NCBI RefSeq assembly: GCF_001194135.2
Contig: NC_068984.1
Location: forward strand, 49,412,145 to 49,465,038
From: Octopus bimaculoides
Lineage: Eukaryota
Direction: 5' to 3'
Length of the DNA stretch: 52,894 nt
In this document: one piece after another, positions 24,671 to 36,878 of the stretch
Position numbering within the stretch: the stretch's first letter is position 1
Layout of the letters: each line of letters starts with the position of its first letter
The notes under the pieces: model-generated
Told to the model about the DNA's origin: nothing
The model's input: only the letters and a program-made list of their open reading frames with translations
Databases searched by the model: none
Made by a program: the position numbers and the translations under genes

Positions 24671-26668
24671 ATATAAATATTACCACTCAATGAATTACTG
24701 TTCCCTTACATCTTAAAACTATTAGACAATGTACCTGCAGAAGAAAAAGAAGGGGGCAGCCAAACATTAAGTGGCCTCAGATGAGAGACAGAAGAGGGAA
24801 GGGACACATAGTCAGCAATGTTGAGGAAAATTGGCATTGGTGAAGATGTGTATATACAACAGACACCACACAAATATTATATGTACACACACACACATAA
24901 ATATCTAATCTATACATACATGCATGCATGGCTGGTAGTGATAGTTGCCAAGGGAGCAAATTATGTATGCTTTGGTGGTGGGGATTGATAGGAGAGAGAA
25001 GGTAAGTGGAAAGATATAGAAGAGAACACAGCTATCCCTCCTAAAATTATTATAGAAAATTAAAACTTGAATAATCCTACATTTAAAAGACTTAAACTAA
25101 TGCTTCAAGAATATAGATGATTAAATAATACAAGCTTAAAGTATAAAGGATAGAGATAGAAAAGCAGTTTAAGTATTCAGTTAGCTACATTAGATGAAAA
25201 TAAAAAAGTATACTGAAAATAAAAAGCTTGCTATGATAATATATTTTATTTATTTAATAAAAAATAATCAATTCAATCTAATATACTGAAATGCTAAACA
25301 CAATTTATATTTGTAACAATTTTATAAAATTAATTAATATGAATTTGGAGTACCATTAAACTGCATTTTCTTTCGTATTTTTAAAGTTTTTCTAATTCAT
25401 GTTTTACAAATTTTTCATTATATTAGCATGAAAATATTAAATTATACATTCTATTCCTTAAAGAGATGATGATCTTTCTTTTCTTTTTTATTATATAAAA
25501 GCTTTCAAATTATTAGAAATTAGCCAAAGTCTACCTGTCCAGTGATCTTCGTTTTCTCATTAGAAGTAACAATGTAAATTTTTAAACTAATGCACACTGA
25601 TGACCTATTAAATAGCCTCATAATCTAAATGCTTTAGTTCAGTAAATCTCATTCGTTATATTTTTTGCATGCAGTGCAACATCTTAATTCTATTTCCTAA
25701 AATCATGAGTCTCTTGAGATTGCTTATGGTTAATATCTTGGTTTCCTTTTCATGACTCTCAATCTATATATTCACTTAATTTATTTTTTTCATTCCTTCT
25801 AAACTTAAATTTTGTGAACTGATCCTTAAAAGAAAAAGCATTTCTGAAATTACATTATATCAAATTGATTGTGTGTTGTGTATAATTATTTGGAATGTAT
25901 AATGATGCTGGAATATCATGAATTATGCTTTGTTTGTCAGACACCTTAAAATAAAAATTCAAAAATTAAATAGAATAAAGCATCTAATTAGAAGCAACAA
26001 ATTTATGAGCTTGGTAATTTGATATAATAACAATATCTTATATTTCTATAAGAAAGTAAGAAATTCAATGGCTGCAGCTTTTTTTTTTTTTTTTTTGTCA
26101 TGGTGTGATATATTAGCTAATATTTGAAGGTCACAGAATTTATTTTCTTTAGCATGTAAACCAAGAGATAATGGAATTTAATGTGTGTACCCGAGTATGT
26201 AGCTCAGTACATCACTATAAAGCCATGATTACTGAAATATATAATGATGTTTGATCATGAAATACATTTTCTAGCACCTAATGTCTGATGATAGTGTTTC
26301 AGAAAAACTTAAAAGAGTATGTCAGACAGTACAGTGGAATGTCAAATGGTACAATGGAATAAAATAGCTCTGTAAATGAAAAATAATGTTGAATTTGATA
26401 GTATTTAGAAATCAGTGGTTGTATTTATGAAGAATCAGTGCACCAGTTTGTGAACATTAATATCCTCTGATTAATTTTGTTCTCTTAATTTTCTGTAAAA
26501 GAAACTTTTAACAATGAAGGCTTCCTATGCAGAGGAGGCCCTCATCAATACTATATAAATTTTATAATAGAAAACAATTTATAAAAAGAGCGGTGTGTTG
26601 CTACCAATATGTTTTGTGATACAAATGGCTGAATTGCCATTCAGATAATCTTAAAATATATAACAGCA

Positions 26669-27030
<362 letters not shown>

Positions 27031-27133
27031 ATCATGCAAACAGTGCAATTTTTCACAATCTCCCATGAAAATATGCTCCAGACTTGGAAACACATGAAGG
27101 TTGGTTATCAGAAGAACATTTTACCATAGAAAT

Positions 27134-29420
27134 TTGCCTACATTTACATATTTCTGGTCATTTCATGTAACTATCCACAACTATTAGGTAATACCCTCCA
27201 TTTAACAGTCCTGCAAAGTCTATGTGTAATCCGGACCAATGTATGTTAGTCTTGGGCCTGGATTTTTATAGGTGGTACTTTTGCTACCAGGGCTCAACTC
27301 CTGCAGGCTTCCACCAATTTTTCAATATCCTGATCCATATTCGGCCAGTAAACGTAGTTCCTCGTCAGTGCTTTCAATCTCACAATTCCTGGATGTCCCA
27401 TGTGAAATTCTTTTAGCATATGATTTTGCAAAGAAACAGGTATTACAACCCTCTGAGCGTACATAAGTATGTCATCATATATCGAATACCATTTCAAAAC
27501 TGTGTGATGTTTGGCTACAGGAATTTTTGTATTTGTTCCTGACTTCACTATTTTTATCATTATTATGGACACATCCATCTCTGCTTTAATTTTTATTTCC
27601 TCTAAAGTGACAGATAGTTCGCATACTATGTTATAGAGTATATTTTTTGTTTCACTTCCAGCTTTTAATGCCAATATTGCTGTGTACTCTAATGGTTCAT
27701 TATATATAGGTATCAATCTTGACAGTCCATCTGCATGTCCTAGTTTTTTCAATGGTAGAAATTCCATCTTAAAGTCATATTTTAGCAGGATCATCCCCCA
27801 GCACTGCAATCAGTAGGTTGTATGTGTGGGGATACCCTTTTTCAATCTGCAAATTGACAACAATTGGCAGTAATCTGTCTGCAGACTGAATTTCCTTCCA
27901 TGTATGAATTCGTAAAATGTTTTTCACCGCAAAAATAATGGCTAATGCCTTCTTCTCAATTTGGTTGTAATATTTTTCAGCCGCCAACAATGAATGTGAA
28001 ACATGAGCAATGGGTTTTAGGCTACCATTTTCACACTTGTGTAAAATTACCGCTCCTATATCACTTTCGCTAGCATCTGATGCTACAACTGTTTTTAAAT
28101 TTGGATCAAAGTGTGATAATGACAGTTCTGATGTTAAAACTTTTTTAATTTCTTCAAATGCTTTTTGGCACCTGTCCGACCAATACCATTTAATGTCATT
28201 TTCCCATAGGTTGTTTAAGGGTGCTCTTAGCTCATGCATATTCAGTATGTATGCTTGGTAATAGTTTATGAGCCCCAAGAATGCTTGTAACCTTGTAATA
28301 TTTATCGGGAGAGGCATATTTTTCATTGCAGTCAATCTTGAAGGCTCTGGCCTGCAACAATTTTTGTCAATAACTTGCCCTAGATACTTTATTTCTGGCA
28401 TGAAAAATTTGCATTTTTCCTCGCTAAATCTATACTACTTTATTCTTTCAAAGACTTTTTTAACATGTTCCTCATGTTGGCCTTGAGCCTCACTTTTTAT
28501 GAGTATGTCATCCAAGTAAGCTACAGCGAAATCTGTATCTGCAAGCATAGTGTCCATCACCTGTTGGAAAATACTAGGTACTACTTTTATTCCAAAAGGA
28601 AGTTGATTGAATTTATATAAACCTTTATGGATGTTTATCATTAATAAATTCAAACATTCCTCCTTGACTTGTAACTGTAAATACACCTCCGACAAGTCCA
28701 ACTCTAAAAAAATTTTCCTCTATTGAGTTTCGCAAAAATTTCCTCCAGACTTGGTATTGAGGAATTGTATGTCCTCAAACATTCATTCAATCCTGTTGAA
28801 AAGTCAGCGCATACTCACATTTTATTATTTTTTTCTTTACATAAACAATTGGTGATGCCCATTCTGAATAATCAGTTTTTTCTATAACTCCAAGCTTTTC
28901 AAGTCTACCCAATTCCTCATTGACTTGATTCAACACCACGAAAGGTACAGCTCACTTTGGTTTAAATACCAGTGCAGCATTTTCTTTTACTTGTAATTTT
29001 ACTTTTGTCTTGGTGCACCTACTTAATTCTTCAGAAAGAACATCAGGAAAAGTCTTTTTAATTTCTTTTTTAAATCCTCCAATGTCTTATTTGAACTGAC
29101 ATAAGAACCATTTACATTATTACAAAAAATATTTATGAGGAGGTCCCATAAATTAAATAGTTCCATCCACTCTGTGCCAAATAGATTTGTCATATTTTTT
29201 AATACAAAAACTTTGGCTTTGAAAGTTTTTCCACGAAACGTCACTTCATTTATCATTTCACCCCAAAATCACAAGTGTTTCCCTGAAATACCTCACACAA
29301 TTTTCAAAGGTTTTTCAAAGTAGGCTTTCCTATTTTTTTCCATGTATCATCGTTAGTCATCGTCCAACTGTAGTCTCATATTGACATCATTTTTATAGAG
29401 ACAAATTTTCTTTTTTGTGC
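27134..29420 (-). pseudogene. Gypsy pol remnant (PR-RT-RNase H-IN)
   Basis: ORF pieces 29023-29256, 28435-28701, 27775-28401 and 27294-27809 are consecutive frameshifted pol segments. Confidence 0.93.
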
Positions 29421-29489
29421 CTTGCTTTGCTTTTGTGTTGACAATACTTCTTTTCTCAAATTTTTTTTGTTCGACCCTTTTTGTTTCAC

Positions 29490-30388
29490 TCAACAATGTA
29501 AATTCTTATGTCCAATTTTACCACATCCAAAACATTTTAGATTTTTAAAAAGACAGCTTCTTTTAAAATGTATTTCTCCACACCCATAGCAAGGTTTAGG
29601 TCTTGACTGATGCTTTTCTTTTTTCTTATCTGTTACAGGTCGACACGTATGTATATTTGAATAATCTTTTTCAATTTTTTCTGTGTCCTGTCATAAATTT
29701 ATTATCCTTTGGCATTCTTCAGCCACTGCCTTTAGAGTTAGTTTCAAATCTTGTTCTAGTTCTGTCAATATCTGAGCCCATATCTCTGCATCTTTGCTGG
29801 CAATTAATTCTTGTACAAAGAATAGACATTTGAACATGTCTGAAGTTAATTCATTTAGCTTAAATTTTTCACATTCTCTGTTTACGATTCTGGCATATAT
29901 GACAAAATCTTCAGTTCCTTTTTATTTTTTTATTTTTTCAAATTCAAGCACTCCCAGCAAATATTAAATAGTGAACCTCTTTCACTGAATATTTTAGATA
30001 ACAGGTTGTTTCCTTGAAACAAATTTCAGATGGTTTTCTCGTCAGGATGTAATTACAATACTTTTCATGTTCTGTGGGTGATAATTTCTTTAGAAGAAGT
30101 CGTACCTACTTCTCGTCCATCCAGTTTCTACATTCTTCTTTGAAGATTCCTTCATACTTTCTGAAGTATGCAGAAAACGTAATCCCTTCTTCTGGATTAT
30201 AAGTAAATTCTTCAATTGAATTAGTAACCCGCTTCTGCCAAAAATGAACCTAAAGTGTTTTTAGACAACAACAATAATTCCAAGAACTGTTGATTTTACT
30301 GTTGTTGTAGTTGCTGTTTCTGTTGTTCTTGTTGTTGCTATTGTAGTTTCTATTGCAAGTGTACCACAGATGCTAATAGGTCTTCCAT
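29490..30388 (-). pseudogene. Gypsy gag remnant
   Basis: MEDLLASVVHLQ followed by a Gln-rich stretch. AYFRKYEGIFKEEC..VRLLLRKL; FKCLFFVQEL; knuckles CYGCGEIHFKRSC and CFGCGKIGHKNLHC. Several stops. Confidence 0.85.
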
Positions 30389-30430
30389 GCTAAAAACATC
30401 CACAGTGAGCTTCAAATGTCTAATCACCAC

Positions 30431-30671
30431 TCTTATATCCTTGAGTTTGAGTATAGACTACACTGTAACAACGTTATAACACTACAAAAACTAAATCAGT
30501 AACAAACAAGTAACAAACTTATATCTCTTCTCAACGACTTCTATAACTGCCTTCACAAATGCAACTGGACACACCACACTGTACATTGCACTGTCAGTAC
30601 ACATGTGCCTTTATAAAGTTTAGGACAGTGCACTTCCTATCCCACAGGGGTGTCAGGATTTCACCACAACA
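30431..30671 (-). repeat. 5' LTR (~241 bp) of the Gypsy element
   Basis: Begins TGTTGTGGTG and ends ..gatataaga (decayed ..ACA). Followed by a PBS-like gtggtgattag and then the gag ATG at 30388. No second LTR was seen. Confidence 0.7.
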
Positions 30672-30718
30672 CATTTCAGCTTAGAAAATGATTTAAAACA
30701 ACAAATGTATGAAAAAAT

Positions 30719-31124
30719 AGGAGTGGTTGTGTGGTAAGTAGCTTGCTTACCAACCACATGGTTCCAGGTTCATTCCCACTGCATGGCACCTTGGGCAAGT
30801 GTCTTCTACTATGGCCTCGGGCCGACCAAAGCCTTGTGAGTGGATTTGGTAGACGGAAACTGAAAGAAGCCCATCGTATATATGTATATATATATATGTA
30901 TGTATGTGTATATGTTTGTATGTCTGTGTTTGTCCCCCACAACATCGCTTGACAATCGATGCTGGTGTGTTTACATCCCCGTAACTTAGCGGTTCGGCAA
31001 AAGAGACCGATAGAATAAGTACTAGGCATCCAAAGAATAAGTCCTGGGGTCGATTTGCTCGACTAAAGGCAGTGCTCCAGCATGGCCGCAGTCAAATGAC
31101 TGAAACAAGTAAAAGAGTAAGAGT
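30719..31124 (+). mobile_element. tRNA-derived SINE family A, full length
   Basis: A-box-like tggttgtgtgg (30724-30734), B-box-like ggttcattccc (30767-30777), caccttgggcaag core, central (TA/TATG) tract and (aaagagt)n-type tail. Confidence 0.93.
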
Positions 31125-31985
31125 GATTAAAAGTTAAAAAAAGAAAAGAACAAAAAATTAAAAGTATAAAAGACTAAATTACCATAAAACTCTTTCACTT
31201 TAGAAAAAACCTAAGTGAAATTGGAAATCAATTATCAAGTCCCCAAATTTACTCCAATAAGAAAGCAAAGAAAAAGAAAAAGGAAAAAAGAGGGCGTAAA
31301 CAACAAAAGATAGTGGGGGAGGAAGTAACAGGTTGTACACACTAGTCTGAATGGCGTGTTCAGCTACACCCTACAGACATAATAGCAAAGGCATTGCTGT
31401 AGAGAATGATCAATAACACTTGCAACAGCCAACCTTGCAGTACGCATTTTTGTGGGCTGCTGTCATCTGTTTTATGGAGGAAATCAACAGTGCATGGTCC
31501 AAGGACATCTAAGGTTTTTATGGTGACCAGTATGAACAGATAACAGCCAGTCAAACTCCAGTATTTGGTTATCTTCCTCACCTCTGCATATGGGTGATGA
31601 TACCCAGGTTTGCAGCTAATGCAGTATAGTTCGAGGTGGAGAATCTCTTACAGCATGGCAAATCCCAGATTAGGGATTTACTACACTTGTATGGGAAGAG
31701 GGTTATTCCAGTGGGGCACTTCCCATCTCTTCAATTAAGATTTGCTGATTCTAGTCATGAGAGGAAGCCAACGGCATCAAGGACCTTTCTGATGATGTCA
31801 CTCAGAGCAATGCGATGGGGTAACTGGCCTGCAGAATAGCAGCAGGATAATGGATGCAGGCCAAATCCATCAACTACACCTCAACAATGGCATTTGTGCA
31901 GCTCACACATGGAGACTGAGGTAGTGAGTCACTCCAATATGAGTGCACTAAAGATTGTTAGGTTCAATAGTTGTCAGTAGTTTAT

Positions 31986-32195
31986 AGCTGGTAGAATCAT
32001 TAGCACACCAGGCAAAAACACTTAGCGGCATTTCATCCATCTTTACATTCTGAGTTCAAATTCTGTCAAGATCGACTTTGCCTTTCATCTTTCGGGGTCA
32101 ATAAAATAAGTACCAGTTGAGCACTAGGGTCAATCTAATGAACTTACCCCCTCCCCGAAATTGCTGGCCTTGTGCCAAAATTTGAAATCAATATT
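31986..32195 (+). mobile_element. Family-B SINE monomer
   Basis: ttctgagttcaaattc, gactttgcctttcatctttcggggtc and ggccttgtgcc tail. Confidence 0.88.
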
Positions 32196-33498
32196 ACTGA
32201 ATGAAACTAAAGAGGTTTTCAAGATTATTGTAGTGTTGTTTAGTTTAGCTTGACTGAGCATATTTATGCTCAGAACTATTCCAACCATGGCCATCCTGTT
32301 TTCTGTTTATGTGGAACTACATTATCCAATGAGACTTACCTTTTTTAAGCTTGTAGAGTTTAAGTGAAAAGACATTCAGCTGTTACTGATAGCAGGGTGA
32401 ACAACTATTTAGAAGTACTCTTGTGAGCTTCTTCTTTAAGTTCCTTTTTTATGAAGAATATTCACAATTAGAGCAACATACTTATGTTGCATATGGACAG
32501 GATTTATGTACAAAATGTGAAATAGGATTATAGGTAACATCCTTCTACATGTGAAAGCAAATGACCGCAGATAACAACAACCAGCTTAGTGAAATAAAAG
32601 AAGGTTGAATGAGAGATAGCTGAACTATCCATCTTTGCTATTTCTTTATTTAATCATTATCCATTGTCCACAACAACCTATTTTTTAAGAGAGATGAAAT
32701 GTGAGCTTGTGATATTCATGCTTTTCCCAAGGGAATTAGTAACATAAGTGAAATTATTCAACTAAGCATTAATATCAAGCCATCTTGAACAAAGAAAGCT
32801 AACACATTTATTTTCATTTAAAAGGTTAAGTAATTTTTTTTTATCATAACAGAAAATGATAAATTTACATATGATTATATATTAAAATGAAATTTGAATA
32901 TCATTTAATATATAATGATAGAGTAATTAATAATTTTTTTTTTTTTTTCAATAAGAAAAGATACTGTTGCTTATTCTATACAATGAAAACAAAAATTTTA
33001 GCTTTGTTCAATCTCAATTTCAATCATGAAACAAGATTAATCTATTCTTTATTAATTCTGTCAAACAAAAACAAAAAGAATCATAATCAATACTTAATAT
33101 TTCTGCTTTCTTTTGCTGTCAACACTAATTTAGAAGTTATACAAATATTGATTTCTTGCAAGTAGCCACAAGGCCAATTATTTTAAAACAGCAAGAGTAT
33201 AGTTATAGAATTTAATATAAGCTAATTATTTAATCTACTCCAGAAGGATGAGAGTGAATCCAGTCCAATAGAATTTGAATTCTGAACTATTACCAAACTA
33301 GATATAGCAAATCAATCAATTTAACTGATATTCTACTAAGGGCCAATACTACTATGTCAAAGAGACTACTTCACAATCATGTGGTTCCAGGGTTGATCTT
33401 ACTGCATGAAACTGGGCAAATGTCTTCTATCAAGGTTGACCTTGGGAATGAAATTATTCATCAAAAGAAATGCACCCGCTCTTATATAGTAAACTTAC

Positions 33499-33697
33499 CT
33501 ATTTTAATACCTTTGAGTGCTTTTAGTGCAAGTCAATTTGTTGCGAGTATTTGGACTACAGTCTCTTCTATAAGGTTATCTTTATATACTAATGTGCCAC
33601 TCCCTGCAACAGTGACACAGTAATGTCTTTTTCCTCTCTGTTCCGCACCAATCTCAAATGATTTGCAAAAAATGCGAAGATGTGACACTTCTACAGA
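33499..33697 (-). other. Candidate exon of an unidentified minus-strand gene, 54 open codons then TGA
   Basis: Acceptor ccttatattttAG (alternative ctgtAG 7 nt inside) and donor ATAG|GTAAGT. Frame SVEVSHLRIFCKSFEIGAEQRGKRHYCVTVAGSGTLVYKDNLIEETVVQILATN*LALKALKGIKI. Unique, non-repetitive-looking sequence with no recognised homology. Confidence 0.35.
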
Positions 33698-34032
33698 CTA
33701 AAATATAAGGAATGGCTTCAATTAAAGCTTAGCAAGATAGTAGCTTCTTAAGAAATATGTTAAATGCTATATGATGCAACCTTAGCTGTATGTTGATTAA
33801 ATCACAAGTAATGAAAAAAATACTTCAGAAATGTTATCTAATTAAACATTATAAAACACTTTTCTGACGATATAATTTCAATTCTTTTTCTTAGGAAGTA
33901 GCTTTGAACTCAGGCACAATGATGAGAGATAAATGATACAGTTCCAATTTTGTTTTCCATTTTAGATTTTGCAGCCAAATGGCCTTTAAATCATACCCTA
34001 AATTGTATTTTTCTTTTTCTTTTAAAAAAAGT

Positions 34033-34116
34033 AAGGACTTATTAGATAAAGCAGTCATCAATACCCTATTTGAGAAGGACTTATTGGATAAAGCAGTCTT
34101 CAATACCCTATTTGAG
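34033..34116. repeat. 42-bp tandem duplication (2 copies, 2 mismatches)
   Basis: aaggacttattagataaagcagtcatcaataccctatttgag / aaggacttattggataaagcagtcttcaataccctatttgag. Confidence 0.95.
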
Positions 34117-34163
34117 TAAAAGCATTTCAGCCACATGACTCTGGTCATGCTAGAGCACCACCA

Positions 34164-34220
34164 CCACCACCCAGAAGAAATCAACCACATAAGATGTGAC
34201 TGATTTCTTCTGGGTGGTGG
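34164..34220. repeat. 57-nt hairpin with perfect 20-bp outer arms
   Basis: ccaccacccagaagaaatca (34164-34183) and its exact reverse complement (34201-34220), with an inner cacat/atgtg stem. Confidence 0.92.
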
Positions 34221-34244
34221 AATTTCATATCACTGCATGTGCTT

Positions 34245-34293
<49 letters not shown>

Positions 34294-35821
34294 GTCACGA
34301 CTAAAACTGGCGGAAGGATGATTACTTCATTTGTTTACCAATAGTGGTTGCCTTCTAAAATGCAAAATTCAAATACTACAAAACACTTTCTCCTTAGCGA
34401 AGTATAAACTTCTTCATATTCTTTCGAAAAACAATTAGAAACATAAGAAACCTTGGTTTTAAAATTCTCAACAAAACACTCGGACTCGGTCTAAACAAAA
34501 CATCTTTATTTGTACAGAAGTGCAGAGACACCTTCAATTTTTAGATGTTAATTTTTTTTTCCTTTCAAATTTATAAATCAAAGAGCAATTTGATATCACT
34601 TACGCCCGAAATTATTGTTTTGGTTGTTTATTAAAAAAAAAAGAATGTGCTAACAAAATCCTAACGAAATGCGTCTACATTGGCCGCTGACTTGTGATGT
34701 AATTTGTATGATACTGCCACAAGAGAGTTACGTAACGAGAATATATCACAACGCATCTGTTTCGCAACCCTTCTCATACAATCGTTTTCAGTGAGATATC
34801 TTGTTTGAATAGATTTTCGACATGGTAAAACAAAACAAAATGAAGAGAACTGTGTACATAGTTAACATGAATGAGAAAACAATAATTAGATCCAGAGCAA
34901 ACAGAAATATTAAAACAGTTCATTATTCGGAAGTTTGTTTTATAAATTACATTACTTCTTTTTTAAAAGTTGTCACTATAGCATGGAGTATCGCTGTAGT
35001 ATATCAGGAAATTGTGTTTATAACCACGATCCATTTAAAGAATGCGTTGCCCCAGAAGATAGACTATCCTGAGTAATGTATCCTATTATTATGATAAAAA
35101 GAATAAACTTTTACTAACCTCGTTAATCAGAAAGATAACATTATGCGTAAGAATATGATGCTAATATTGTTATTTATGCTACGGTTCGTTAACGAGGTTT
35201 TATAGATACAACGAAAGTATCCTCTTTTCTTTCTTCGTATTCTAAAGTAATATATTTGAAAATGAAAGGTAAATTCAGTGTAGGGATGTGATAAATATTC
35301 GTATCAAGACATTCTTTCAATAATTTAACATCTAATGTCAATATGAAGTAATAAAGCTGGTCTATTATCAAGGGGAGCTACCGTTCAAATAGAGAAATAG
35401 TTATTGCCCTTATATATTGCGCCTTTTAAAATATTTCCGGTGTCATTTCATTACAATGCGAGATACTTCATAAAATACCGATTTACTTTCATCCAATGAT
35501 AGCAAATATTATGTTTCTTAACTCGATAGGTAGAAAGTCATCAACTGTCCATCAATACCAACGAAAGAACTCTGAACCCACTGGAATAAACAACTAACTC
35601 ATAGCTAACTTTAAATCAATGGCGTAATAACATCCGCGTTTTTAATATCATTGCCTTCGCCACGCAAATAGAAAGGCTGGGCCAATGGATCGACAACATT
35701 CAGGTTTATTTTTGGCTTTCTCAGTATCGAGTTCAAGTCCAGCCAGTATGCATATGCACGTGCGTGTGAGTGTGTGTGTGAGAGAGAGAGGCGTATGTGT
35801 GAAAGAGAAAGAGAGAAAGAA

Positions 35822-35852
<31 letters not shown>

Positions 35853-35950
35853 AATGGGTGTGTATGTATGTGTAAAGTATATTTGCTGTGGTTCTGCCGC
35901 ATGTCTCCTTAGATCAAACAATTGCAGTGTCCTATTTTCTTTTTTCCCAG

Positions 35951-36072
35951 CAAGTTGGGTAGGATATGAGGCAAGTTTGGCATCTAGCAGGTCGATCAAC
36001 AATGTAGAGACATCTTTGATAGCTTCTGCACTTCATGCAGCAACGCTTATTGAGCGGGTATTATCATTCTAA
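35951..36072 (+). other. Weak candidate terminal coding exon
   Basis: Strong acceptor gtcctattttcttttttcccAG (35950). The phase-1 frame SWVGYEASLASSRSINNVETSLIASALHAATLIERVLSF* is open to a TAA. No homology was recognised. Confidence 0.25.
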
Positions 36073-36521
36073 AATATTAAACCTTGTCTAAATAAATCGT
36101 TGGAGTTTTGGAATAGCTCTCCCTCAGGAAAATGGTAGAGGCTCCCTTCACTTCATTTTTTGTTTTTTGTTTGTTTTTTTTTTATCGTAAGAATTCCTAT
36201 GTTTCACTGAAAGCTATTATTCTGAAAATAATTTTTTTCTAAAAATTTCAATTTCTTAACCGTCATTTCCTAACCTTTTTTTTTTCCCCCTCTTTCATGG
36301 CGTATGAAACTTAGAGAGACGGCTATTCCCTAACCTCCCTAGTAAATCATTACCAGTCAGTATTATGATTAGCAGTGCGTGTGTGTGGGGGGGGGAGAAG
36401 ACGCTAGTACCAGCATAGAATACATAAGCATTAGTGTATTCAGACTGGTCAGGTTCTTAAAATTCAAACTTCCTGATCAGCAGGACAAAAGTTGGCTATA
36501 ATAAACACATAGCGTGAGCGA

Positions 36522-36522
<1 letters not shown>

Positions 36523-36573
<51 letters not shown>
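36523..36573. repeat. (TAA)n microsatellite
   Basis: Direct reading. Confidence 0.98.
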
Positions 36574-36575
<2 letters not shown>

Positions 36576-36662
36576 GATGAACAAGCATTTATTCATAGCA
36601 GGAATTCATATAAAATGAGATGTTACATATAGATATTCATATTGCAAAATGAAGATATATCT

Positions 36663-36878
36663 ACGTTATTTACATTTGACGGATATTTGTCCTCATCTTG
36701 TTTGTTGTTAGCACAACGTTTCGGCTGATATACCCTCCAGCCTTCATCTGGCTGATGAAGGCTGGAGGGTATATCAGCCGAAACGTTGTGCTAACAACAA
36801 ACAAGATGAGGACAAATATCCGTCAAATGTAAATAATGTAAATAATGTACATAATTCCTGATCTCTTAAATATAGAAC
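36663..36878 (+). mobile_element. Short Penelope-like element terminus (pseudo-LTR) with an inverted 5' copy forming a perfect palindrome, 13-bp TSD
   Basis: Arms 36666-36748 and 36754-36836 are exact reverse complements (83 bp) around the loop tggct. Direct repeat tgaagatatatct at 36650-36662 and 36879-36891. Contains the CTGATGA..GAAAC core. Confidence 0.8.
36752..36790 (+). ncRNA. Minimal hammerhead-ribozyme core of the PLE type; helix I apparently disrupted in this copy
   Basis: CUGAUGA-A, helix II GGCUG/CAGCC with loop GAGGGUAUAU, then GAAAC-GUU (palindromic AACGUU) and GUG. Upstream bases UCUGG do not pair with GUG. Confidence 0.6.

Larger units (their letters stand above)
27134..30671 (-). 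mobile_element. Ty3/Gypsy LTR retrotransposon, decayed, 3'-truncated in integrase
   Basis: Order on minus strand: LTR, gag with two Zn knuckles, protease remnant (RLQLD), RT (GLYKFNQLPFGIKVVPSIFQ, AYLDDILI), RNase H (VASDASESDIGAV, YNQIEKKALAIIFAV), integrase (FHMGHPGIVRLK..YWPNMDQDIEKLVEAC; WSGLHIDFAG..LIVVDSY). Confidence 0.95.

Noticed and set aside
31340-31960. Higher-GC segment that might be a LINE endonuclease or a host exon (ORF 31636-31839)
   Set aside because: No diagnostic motif and no convincing splice sites; probably repeat-derived but unassignable by eye.
35114-35199. 11-bp inverted repeat aacctcgttaa/ttaacgaggtt with a 64-nt spacer
   Set aside because: Short arms in AT-rich DNA, with no TSD or second copy seen.
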